Of a DNA stretch of 20,375 nucleotides, positions 7,265 through 15,382 are shown in pieces (within the stretch, counting starts at the first letter, position 1; each line of letters begins with the position of its first letter). The translations under genes were made by a program, and so were the position numbers. The DNA lies in NCBI GenBank assembly GCA_038209745.1, contig JBBQXJ010000083.1:1-20375 (forward strand), in the 5' to 3' direction. Below the pieces are notes generated by a model. That model saw only the letters and a program-made list of their open reading frames with translations. It had not been told where the DNA came from and ran no database searches. Origin of the DNA: Verrucomicrobiota bacterium (GTDB lineage: Bacteria; Verrucomicrobiota; Verrucomicrobiia; Limisphaerales; CANJSG01).

Positions 7265-10200
7265 TCAGGGCTTCACGACCCGATAGAATCCGGCCTCTGG
7301 CAAGGGAGTTGAATCGGTATAGATGGCCTTGCCGCTCGCGTCTGTCGAGAGGCTCCCCGCCGATGTCCAAGGACCCGTGACGGCGGGTGCGCGCTCGACC
7401 GACAAGGTCTTCGATGCCCCGGCAGTGATCTGGATCTCGTAGCTCGCACCATTGCGGGCAATCGACGTGAGCGAGATCTCCGTCTCGGGCGCCGCGTCCA
7501 TCGTGTAATAGACGCGCAGGCGGGGGCGTTCCCGTTCCTCGACCGCTTCCGAAGAGCCCACCCCCCAGCCATCGGTGCCGCCGGCCCACGGCACAACCGC
7601 CCAGCCGTAGTTGGCCTGGCTGCCCGACACCCAAGCCTGCAGATCGCCGGTGACATCGAACGAGTTGAAGCTTCCTTGGACGTTCGGATTCCGCGACGCG
7701 TTGCCAGCCCCGGTGTTGGCCACGGTGGACGCCTCGGTGCCGTCGGGCTGCAGGCCGCCCCCGGTCGAACTCCAGGTGGCCGTGGTGTCGGTCCAATCCT
7801 GTTTCATGGTGAAGAACTGGCCGCCGTCTCCCATCGCATTTCCGGCCACGCTGGCGAGGTCCAACCAGGCCGCGACGACGCGGGCTCCGGAAGGAACCTG
7901 CCCAGCGCCCGGGCCGACGATGTTGTCGAAACGGATCAGGAACTGGCTCTCGTTCGTTCCCGCCGCGTCGTGCGCATCGGACCAGAGAACTTCGACGGCG
8001 GACAGGTCGTCATCCGGCGAGGTCTGTAGAAGCCGGGTGTCATGGACGCCGGTGAAACCGTCCACATCCTGCCGGTAGGAAGCGGCCAAGGCTCCGGCGG
8101 GAAGCCACACGATTCTCAGTTTCGGACGGTCCGTGGACACTTCGGTTTCGCCTGGAAGAATCCCGGTTCCATCGGTGTTGAAGTCCCAGCCCGTCATCAG
8201 CCAACCGAAGTTGGCCTCGCCATGGGCCCAAGCCTGCACGTCGGGAGTCACACCCACGGAGACCGTTCCAGTGCCCGTGGAACCCGTTCCGTCCACCAGT
8301 CCCAGCTGGGAGTCGTAGCCGTAACGGACGTTGACTTCATCCCGATAAAAGCCGCCGCCGACACTGTTCCAAGTCGCGTTGGTCGCATCCCATTCGACCC
8401 GCATCCGATGGAACGTGCCCCCGTCCCCGGAGTTCTTGATCCCGAGCAAAAGCTCGGCTGAAACGATCGTCGCGCCGGCCGGAATCTGCCCGGGACCGGT
8501 GCCGAAGATGTGGTCGAACCGCATCAGCACCTGGCTGGAGTTCGGCTGGCCGCTGTCCGGCCAGTCGAGCAAGAGTCCGTCGTTCGGCGTGCCTTGAGGG
8601 AGGGCCGTGTCGGGAGCCGCCTCGGAAATCGCGGTATCCGCTTCGCCGAGATAGGTGCCGTGGCCGCCGTCCACACCTTCCTGGAATTCAGCCAACCGGT
8701 AGTAGACGATCCGGACCGATGCGGCGCCGGAGGCCGATCCGCCCACACCGTCCAGCAGAACGACGGAAAGCGAACGCGGAGCGATGGAAGGATTGTTGCC
8801 TTCGACCCGGAAGACGACCGCTCGGACCAGCGCCTGGGCGGCCTCCGGTGAAGAGGCCCCGTTGAACGAGACCACCAAAGGATCGTTTCCGGATCCGCCG
8901 GAGAACGCGCCCACCGTGGCCCCGGCATAGGTGACATCGGAACCGGATACGCCGATCTGGCCGGCGCCGGTGCCGGTGTTGCGCACTTCCAGACGATCGC
9001 TGGCCGACCCGTTGGTCGTCAGGGTGATCGTGAGCGAACCGCCGTCATACGAGGTGCTGTCGGCGTCGGTGAGCGCCGCGCGGCCGTCGATGCCTATCCC
9101 GGTGCTTCCAACGCTGTAAACCACGCTTCCGGTCGGAAGGAAAAACGCGGGCTCGTTGTCCACGACCACGACCGGAACGTCCACTGGATCAATGGCCGCA
9201 TAGACCGTGTCGGTCGAGATCACCGTCGTGGTGATCGAGCAGGTCTGGTCGCCGTCGGCCACCCGATTGTCGACCCCGCGGATGGTGACGGTCTGGGGCA
9301 CGTTCCAGTTCGAGGAGGTGAACATGATCGTGGCCGGCGAGACCGTGCATTTGTCCGGCAGGGTCGACTCGGAAACGACGACCACCTTCGCGGCCGGAGC
9401 GCTCTTGAGGACGACGGAGAAGCTGCCTGCTCCGCCTTCAAGGACGGAAACGACGGTGATGGGCTGGAGATCCACCCCGGCGGTGTCGTCATCGGCGTTG
9501 ATGCCGGTCGCATCCAGTCCGCTCAATCCGGTGTAGGCGGCGTCGGTGCTGGCGGAGGGTCCGACCTTCACGCTGAAGGGCTGGTCGCCATCGTCGAACG
9601 CGTCGTCCACCCCGGTGACCGTGACCGTCTGGAACCGGTTCCAGTTAACGGAAGTGAAGACCAGCTCTGAAGGTGCAGCGGAGACTTCGCCCGGGGTGCC
9701 CGAAGCGATGGGAACAGTCACGTCGCCCGTTGGCTGGGTGTTCAAGCGCACCATGAAGGTGTCGGTCCCACCGGCTTCGGTCGTGGTGCGGTCCAGCGTG
9801 GGGCTGACGGTGACGCCGCTTTCATTGTCCAGATTGACGAGCGAAAGACCGGCGATGACGAGATGGTCATAGGTGGCATCCCCGCTCGCGGCGGCAAAGG
9901 TGACGGCGTAGACGACGGCGCCGTCGATCTCGGAATCGTCCTGGCCCGTTACGGTCACGCTCCGGGGGATGTTCCAGTCGTCCGGCGTGAAGGTGAGCGT
10001 CCCGGTCGAAAGCACCCCTTCGGTGACGTCGGACGAAGAGAGGGTGAGCACCACGTCGTTGGTCGGCTGGGTGTCGAGTTCGACGGTGAAACCGAATGTT
10101 CCGGCGCCTTCCGTCGTTTGGGCCGTCTGCGATGATTTGACGGTAACTCCGGGGCTCGGCGCGGGAACGAAGACGAACGAAGCGACCGGTTCCCGCCCGC

Positions 10201-11284
10201 CGCCGGGGGTCTCCAGGGTCGAGTTGGGGAGGTCGCGCGACTGGATCTCCCAGCCGTCGCCGCTGGGTTGATAGGTGACGAAGTTGTCCAAGTTTTCCGT
10301 CTCGCCACCTTCAGCAGTGACGATGAGGACGCCGTTCGTCGAACTGTAACCCGGGATCGTGAGCTGCCAGCGGCCCGTGTCCGTGTTCCGAATGTTGAAC
10401 GCCGGGACGTCTCCCGTGTGCATCAGGATCGTGCCGTCGCCACGGAAACGTCCCGCGACGACCGTGGTGTTCGTCTTCGGAATGTAGAGGAATTCAACAG
10501 GATCCTGCTCGTAGCTGCTTCCATTGGCGTTGTTGTCCTTGACGAAGAGCGACCAGGTTCCGTCGTCGTTGACGTGCGAGAGGGAGAAGTTGCCTTCGTT
10601 CTTCGCGTGGAGGGTCAACAGGATGCCGTTCGTTCTGGAATCGATCCCGAGCGAGGTCAGATCCACCGTGGAACGTCCCGCGCCGAGATCGATGAAGTGC
10701 TTGCCGATCTCGATTCCGGGCGACGCCACGATGTTGTCGTTGGGCCCGCCGTTGGCTCCGCCGGAGTTGTTGAACGTCCCCGCGATCCACGAGGAATACG
10801 GGAACCACGCGGCGCCCACGTTCACGTTGATCTCCGCCCGGCCCGACGTGGTGTCGCCCGTGGGAATCCAATACACCGGGGGCGTCGCGCTCGCGGTGAA
10901 ATGGGCGCTGCTCGTGGCATACAGGGTGCCCGTGCCTTCGCCGTTGTCCCGGCCGTTCTCGGCCACGCTGGTGATCAGCAACCCGTTCAAATAGTCGTCG
11001 GACACGTCGTCGCCGATCTGCACGTCGATATCGCCGCGGTTGGCCGTGTCGCGGATCCGGAAATCTCCGATCCGGAGGGGCATCGTGTCCGTGACGGCCG
11101 CCGCGTTGTTGTCGACGGCGTTCTGCACGACTTTGATGTTCGCCGCGATGATGTCGTGGTGGATCTGGCCCGCGTCCATCCCGCCGACGGCCGCCGCCAT
11201 CAAGGCCGCGATGAGGGATCTCCGGACAAGTTGGCCGGCCCGGCGTGGGTTTTGTCTGCTGTTCCTGTTTCTGGTGTTGTTCAT
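7265..11284 (-). CDS. Large secreted/surface modular protein (1339 aa): three N-terminal beta repeats, three Calx-beta-like repeats, one cadherin/Ig-like domain, two DNRLRE(CBM96)-like domains, C-terminal W...FYR domain
   Basis: Signal peptide MNNTRNRN...SLIAALMAAAVGGMDA. Three repeats of GV.V...E....F.V.L...P...V...L.FT..[DN]WN....VT[VI].G.D. Two repeats of [FY]..[GD]VDG...DT.....PD...RFD.I.G.G.GQ[IV]P.GA.[IV]V.A.L...W...ATW.S.GGG...RP.LR. Ends GPW...YTD...GFYRVVKP. ATG 11284 chosen. Confidence 0.85.
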   Translation of the reverse strand: MNNTRNRNSRQNPRRAGQLVRRSLIAALMAAAVGGMDAGQIHHDIIAANIKVVQNAVDNNAAAVTDTMPLRIGDFRIRDTANRGDIDVQIGDDVSDDYLNGLLITSVAENGRDNGEGTGTLYATSSAHFTASATPPVYWIPTGDTTSGRAEINVNVGAAWFPYSSWIAGTFNNSGGANGGPNDNIVASPGIEIGKHFIDLGAGRSTVDLTSLGIDSRTNGILLTLHAKNEGNFSLSHVNDDGTWSLFVKDNNANGSSYEQDPVEFLYIPKTNTTVVAGRFRGDGTILMHTGDVPAFNIRNTDTGRWQLTIPGYSSTNGVLIVTAEGGETENLDNFVTYQPSGDGWEIQSRDLPNSTLETPGGGREPVASFVFVPAPSPGVTVKSSQTAQTTEGAGTFGFTVELDTQPTNDVVLTLSSSDVTEGVLSTGTLTFTPDDWNIPRSVTVTGQDDSEIDGAVVYAVTFAAASGDATYDHLVIAGLSLVNLDNESGVTVSPTLDRTTTEAGGTDTFMVRLNTQPTGDVTVPIASGTPGEVSAAPSELVFTSVNWNRFQTVTVTGVDDAFDDGDQPFSVKVGPSASTDAAYTGLSGLDATGINADDDTAGVDLQPITVVSVLEGGAGSFSVVLKSAPAAKVVVVSESTLPDKCTVSPATIMFTSSNWNVPQTVTIRGVDNRVADGDQTCSITTTVISTDTVYAAIDPVDVPVVVVDNEPAFFLPTGSVVYSVGSTGIGIDGRAALTDADSTSYDGGSLTITLTTNGSASDRLEVRNTGTGAGQIGVSGSDVTYAGATVGAFSGGSGNDPLVVSFNGASSPEAAQALVRAVVFRVEGNNPSIAPRSLSVVLLDGVGGSASGAASVRIVYYRLAEFQEGVDGGHGTYLGEADTAISEAAPDTALPQGTPNDGLLLDWPDSGQPNSSQVLMRFDHIFGTGPGQIPAGATIVSAELLLGIKNSGDGGTFHRMRVEWDATNATWNSVGGGFYRDEVNVRYGYDSQLGLVDGTGSTGTGTVSVGVTPDVQAWAHGEANFGWLMTGWDFNTDGTGILPGETEVSTDRPKLRIVWLPAGALAASYRQDVDGFTGVHDTRLLQTSPDDDLSAVEVLWSDAHDAAGTNESQFLIRFDNIVGPGAGQVPSGARVVAAWLDLASVAGNAMGDGGQFFTMKQDWTDTTATWSSTGGGLQPDGTEASTVANTGAGNASRNPNVQGSFNSFDVTGDLQAWVSGSQANYGWAVVPWAGGTDGWGVGSSEAVEERERPRLRVYYTMDAAPETEISLTSIARNGASYEIQITAGASKTLSVERAPAVTGPWTSAGSLSTDASGKAIYTDSTPLPEAGFYRVVKP

Positions 11285-11450
11285 GGTCTCGAATTCTTCA
11301 TGCCTGATCGTCTCGCTCAAATCCCACGACCCGCCGGAGAAGCCTGCGGAGCATAACCCGAGGGGTTGGAGGGCGCCGTCGGGTCGATCCGATGCGCACG
11401 GGGGCGAATTTGAGGCCTTATACTAGGTAGCGTGGCCGCGGCGGCCCACC

Positions 11451-11556
11451 GACGTTCCGGTGACAATGGCCGCCAAGTCCGTGACAAACCCGGACGCCGC
11501 CGATGACCCGCTGGATCCACCGGGACATCCGTGACATCGAACCGACACGCACGGAC
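11451..11556 (-). promoter_or_regulatory. Helically phased (T)GTC(AC) repeat array in the divergent promoter region, Pho-box/OmpR-family-like
   Basis: Perfect GTGACA at 11460, 11481 and 11531. GAC cores at 11451, 11462, 11483, 11493, 11505, 11524, 11533, 11544 and 11554. A TATACTA -10-like element lies at 11419-11425. Confidence 0.5.
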
Positions 11557-11607
11557 TGTTGCCCATCGCGGTGAAGGCACGGCAGCTTCCGTCGTCTGCT
11601 CACCGAG

Positions 11608-12525
11608 ATGAAAAGCAACTACCGGAAAACCCTCCTCTGCGCCTTGCTCGCCCTGGCCATGATCTCCGACCTCCATGCGGCCGACTCCGGTCCGAAAGCG
11701 CTTCGCCTGATGGCGCTGGAACGGCCTCTCGTCATCGGACATCGCGGCTTCAAAATGATCGCGCCCGAAAACACGCTGCCGTCTTTCGCCCTCGCCAAGA
11801 CCGCCGGCGCAGATCTCGTCGAGCTCGACTACTACCACAGCAAGGACGGCGTTCCTTTCGTCATCCATGACCACACGCTCGACCGCACGACCGACGCCAC
11901 CAATCGCTGGGGCGGCACCCAGCTTGACGCAACGGCCCGCTCGTTCGCGGAACTTTCCACGCTGGATGCGGGTCGATGGTTCTCCCCCGGCTTCGCCGGA
12001 GCCAGACTCCCTTCCCTGGAGCAGGCGCTGGATATGATCCAGGACGGAAGCTGCACCCTGGTCGAACGCAAAGAAGGCGACGCTGAGACCTGCGCGGCAT
12101 TGCTGCGGAAGAAGGGACTGATCAACGAAGTGATCGTCCAAGCCTTCGATTGGACCTTCCTCAAGGAACTCCACCGGCTCGAACCCGCCCAGACGCTTGG
12201 CGCCCTCGGTCCCGCCTCGACGCGCGCCGGCAAGAAGCTCGCCGCCGAGCAAAAGGAACTGGATCGCGGCTGGATCGACGAGGCAAAGGCCGCCGGCGCC
12301 CAGGTCGTCGGCTGGAACAGTCAGGTGAGCCGGCCCGCGATCGAGTATGCCCATCAGACCGGGCTGAAAGTCTGGGTCTACACCATCAACGACGAAGCCA
12401 CCGCCAAGCGGCTTCTGGACCTGGGAGTGGACGGCCTCATCGGCGACAACCCGGCCATCCTGTGGCGCGCGATCGCCCTTCGCGTTGAATCCAAACCGGC
12501 AACGGGTGTCCGGTCGGCGGATTGA
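11608..12525 (+). CDS. Secreted glycerophosphodiester phosphodiesterase (GDPD, UgpQ/GlpQ-like; 305 aa)
   Basis: Signal peptide, then VIGHRG, PENTLPSF, VELD, HD.TLDRTT, LPSLEQAL, VWVYTIND and GVDGLIGDNP. Confidence 0.93.
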   Translation: MKSNYRKTLLCALLALAMISDLHAADSGPKALRLMALERPLVIGHRGFKMIAPENTLPSFALAKTAGADLVELDYYHSKDGVPFVIHDHTLDRTTDATNRWGGTQLDATARSFAELSTLDAGRWFSPGFAGARLPSLEQALDMIQDGSCTLVERKEGDAETCAALLRKKGLINEVIVQAFDWTFLKELHRLEPAQTLGALGPASTRAGKKLAAEQKELDRGWIDEAKAAGAQVVGWNSQVSRPAIEYAHQTGLKVWVYTINDEATAKRLLDLGVDGLIGDNPAILWRAIALRVESKPATGVRSAD

Positions 12526-12534
12526 TCCGACCAC

Positions 12535-12806
12535 CTACTTGACCGCGTCGACGAAGCCCGGCACCGCTTTCCCCTTCTCCGACAGGAACCCCGTGGGCGG
12601 GCTCTTGTTCCAGGCCTTGATCCCCGCCAAGACACAGGCCGCGTTCAGGTCCGCGCCTTCCGGCGTGGTGTGAGTGTGCTCGTCGGCGAATCGTTCTCCA
12701 CGGGCCGGGCCTCTTCTGCGGCGACACTGCGGACGACCGAAAGGAGAAGGGCCAGCAACGAGGCCCGCGCGAGCCCCTGCACCGTGACGCGGAATGTGGG
12801 ACGCAT
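12535..12806 (-). pseudogene. Internally deleted, frameshifted SGNH esterase (rhamnogalacturonan acetylesterase-like) remnant
   Basis: Signal peptide MRPTFRV...LLALLLSVVRSVAAEEARPVENDSP in one frame joins, in another frame, FADEHTHTTPEGADLNAACVLAGIK...FLSEKGKAV*. The latter resembles the D-x-x-H-type block V and C-terminal helix of CE12-type acetylesterases. No GDS block is present. Confidence 0.7.
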
Positions 12807-12896
12807 GACGGCAACAGACGCCCGTCGGCCAAGCCGGGGCAATGATCTTCCTGCCGCGGTTCCCGCCGGCAAAGCCTTCCATCGTCGTGGGAAAAA

Positions 12897-14627
12897 CTAC
12901 CGTGCCGCCTTCCAATCCAGCACCACCAACGACACCGCCTGACGCGGCAGATTGAACCGGAGCGTGACCGTCCGCCCCTCGTCCGTGATTTCGTCCGGCG
13001 GCTCCACGGTTGCGAGTTTCCCCGCCTTCTCCAGTTCCGTGTATTGTGCCGAAGTCGGAGCCGGGGGCGAACCCATCTTCTGCCAGGCCGTGAAGGCGTT
13101 GCTGTTCTCCTGGTCGATCCGGAACTGCGTCACCTTCAGATCGCCGGCCCTCGGCGGAACCCCGTTCAACACCAGCTCCACCCGCGCGCTGTCGCCAGGC
13201 AGATCGTCGTCGTGGTAGTGCCAGACCAGCGCACAAAGGCGGTTGCCCTCCAGGCTGGCCAGAGCCGACACATCCGCCTTGCCCCGCACTCCGTCCAGCA
13301 GCACCGCGGCGAGCGGCTGCGCCCCGTCGCTCTCCACCGGCAGCCGTTGCCCGCCCATCTTGCTGAACATGCGGAAGACGTTCAGCACCGGCTTGTCGAG
13401 CCCGCCGCTGGCCAACGCACGGAACCCGGCGAAGAGCGGCTGGTCCTCGAACTCGAATGCCCACGTCAACGCCCCTTCCAGATTCACACCGTGCTTCGCC
13501 GCCAGATCCAGCTTTCGCGGGAAACTCGCCGCCGTGTAGCTCGAATACATCGTGCCGTTCCGATAGGCGAGATTGTCGCCCTGGCAAGCGGCACAGCCTT
13601 CCGGATCCGATTCCCCGATGACGATCGGCTTGTCCTTCATCTCGGGAAACTTCGCGATCGCGGCAAACGCCCGGTCGATGTCGCGGAGCTGGTTCGCGAT
13701 GCCCATTCGCACGTGGCCGTCCACGAACTGCGGAGCTCCCTTCGCATGGAACGACATGAAATCGGTCGGCGTCCCGATCTGGCCCGTCGCGTAGTTGGTG
13801 CCCCGCAGGCAGTGCTCCAGAAACTCGGCGAGAAAGGTTCCGCCCGGCCCGCCGGCCACATCCGGTCCGCCCACCCGCGCGCTCGGCAACGCCCTCCGCA
13901 CCGCGTCCACCGCGAAGTCGTGCAGCTTGAAGAACTCCCGCCGGGTGCCGCGCCAATAGCCGATGTTCGGCTCGTTCCACGTCTCCCAATACCACGATTC
14001 CACCTCCGCCTTTCCATAGCGTTCGACGCAGTGCCTGGCCCACTGGAAGACCAGCTCGCCCCACTTCGCATAGTCCTTCGGCGGATAGGCCCAGCCGGTG
14101 TAGATCTCGTCGTATTTGGCTTCCGGCGTCCAATGGTGCCGATACGGCTCCGGCTTGATCGACAGCGCCTCCGGCATGAATCCGATCTGGGCATACGGCC
14201 GCACGCCGCGTTGCAGATAGGTGTCGAAGATCCCGTCCACGATCTTCCAGTTGTAGACCGGGCGGCCCTGCGCATCCTCTGTGTAGATGCCGGTCGAGCC
14301 CCACTTCAGCGCCGGTGTGCCGTCGCCGCTCGTCAGCAGATTGTGCGCGCGGAAGAAGACCTCCTTGGGCTTCAGCTCGCCCTGCTCCGCCACGAGCTTC
14401 CGGCCGTTCGTCATCGTGGCGTAGTTCGGCTCGTCCGCTCCGAAGAACCTCCAGATCGGCTTCAGCGGTCCAACAGGACTGGCCACATCCACCGTCATAT
14501 GGACCGGGAAACGCCCGGGCGCCTCGGCCGCACCCACGACCGAAGCGACCGTCAAAGCCGCGACCCAGGAGACACCGCGCATCCAGCCCAACCGAATGCC
14601 CGGCCAACCGTTCAGAGGGGAAATCAT
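12897..14627 (-). CDS. xynB: Glycoside hydrolase family 39 (beta-xylosidase-like), secreted
   Basis: FFGADEPNY, FRAHNLL, GFMPEALS, WETWNEP (acid/base), VGGP, SFHAKG, IVIGESDPEGCAAC (nucleophile region), TWAFEFE, W..MGSP..P. Start is ATG 14627 or ATG 14582. Confidence 0.92.
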   Translation of the reverse strand: MISPLNGWPGIRLGWMRGVSWVAALTVASVVGAAEAPGRFPVHMTVDVASPVGPLKPIWRFFGADEPNYATMTNGRKLVAEQGELKPKEVFFRAHNLLTSGDGTPALKWGSTGIYTEDAQGRPVYNWKIVDGIFDTYLQRGVRPYAQIGFMPEALSIKPEPYRHHWTPEAKYDEIYTGWAYPPKDYAKWGELVFQWARHCVERYGKAEVESWYWETWNEPNIGYWRGTRREFFKLHDFAVDAVRRALPSARVGGPDVAGGPGGTFLAEFLEHCLRGTNYATGQIGTPTDFMSFHAKGAPQFVDGHVRMGIANQLRDIDRAFAAIAKFPEMKDKPIVIGESDPEGCAACQGDNLAYRNGTMYSSYTAASFPRKLDLAAKHGVNLEGALTWAFEFEDQPLFAGFRALASGGLDKPVLNVFRMFSKMGGQRLPVESDGAQPLAAVLLDGVRGKADVSALASLEGNRLCALVWHYHDDDLPGDSARVELVLNGVPPRAGDLKVTQFRIDQENSNAFTAWQKMGSPPAPTSAQYTELEKAGKLATVEPPDEITDEGRTVTLRFNLPRQAVSLVVLDWKAAR

Positions 14628-14664
14628 GCCTGCTGTCTTACGCAGCGAGAGCCGGTCCGTCGAC

Positions 14665-14680
14665 CGTGAACTAGATCACG
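14665..14680. promoter_or_regulatory. CRP/FNR-family-like palindrome upstream of the GH39 gene
   Basis: CGTGAACTAGATCACG (GTGA-N6-TCAC) matches TGTGATCTAGATCACA at 13 of 16 positions. Confidence 0.5.
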
Positions 14681-14785
14681 AATCGAAGCGCTTGTTCCTA
14701 TTGAGTCGCACACCGAAAAAAATAGAGTTCAAAGGTGCGGAATTGCGTTGCCCGTCTGCCGCCTCACGAAGGGAAAAGGAGCGGC

Positions 14786-15358
14786 TCATCTCGGATAGCC
14801 AGATTTTGGGTTCATCTCTCTACCTATTCTAAAATAGGTCGCGAGTTCATCGCCGTCTTCGTCCGCCAAGACATCATAGGATCTCCTGATGTCGGCTCGA
14901 AGCCACACAGCCAAGGTTCTGAATAAAAGCGAAAAAGAATCGAACTGTTGATCCGCACCACACTGCATCGGCAACGAATGGACCGGAGGATCCGGATCCT
15001 CGATCGACTGGATTAACACACCGTAGCCCGCTCCAAATTCGTCACCAAAGACCGGAAGCAAGGGCGGAAATCCGTTTTCCTGAAGCACAGGCTTCAATCT
15101 TTCAAACCAAACAAGCGCCGCTTGCAATGGCAATGGCCGAGAATCGCTGATGAACCGGGTTTCTTCCTCTGGATTGAACCCATCACAGATCGAGTAAAAG
15201 TCGATCACTGTCTGTGGTCCTTGAATTCCAGCCTCACCGAACCGCCGCTCGATTTCATAGATAGACAATGGAGGCCTAAGCAAATGGCGAATCGGCGAAC
15301 CGAGTCGCTCCCGTTCCAAAAGAACGTCATCAAGTAGATCACCAATCGAGCGAATCAT
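14786..15358 (-). CDS. SMI1/KNR4 (SUKH)-like protein, putative orphan immunity protein (190 aa)
   Basis: LRPPLSIYEIERRF...GPQTVIDFYSICDG, LLPVFGDEFGAGY and FDSFSLLFR fit the SUKH pattern. GGAG SD upstream. Low GC: hand counts of 29/60 and 30/60 in two lines, versus 42/60 in a line of the neighbouring gene. Confidence 0.65.
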   Translation of the reverse strand: MIRSIGDLLDDVLLERERLGSPIRHLLRPPLSIYEIERRFGEAGIQGPQTVIDFYSICDGFNPEEETRFISDSRPLPLQAALVWFERLKPVLQENGFPPLLPVFGDEFGAGYGVLIQSIEDPDPPVHSLPMQCGADQQFDSFSLLFRTLAVWLRADIRRSYDVLADEDGDELATYFRIGREMNPKSGYPR

Positions 15359-15382
15359 GAACTGCTCCCATTCCGTTTTCCA

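Noticed and set aside
6851..7312. 153-aa ORF in the convergent intergenic region
   Set aside because: Pro/Ser/Arg-rich, runs through hairpins and the terminator, and overlaps the 3' end of the large gene.
12691..14607. Most of the 690-aa minus-strand ORF 12535..14607
   Set aside because: Arg/Gly-rich alternative frame over the GH39 gene. Only its last ~50 codons look like real protein (the pseudogene C-terminus).
14754..14768. GTCTGCCGCCTCACG as a truncated REP at the edge of the low-GC cassette
   Set aside because: Too short and lacks the GTAG end. It cannot be supported without genome-wide counts.
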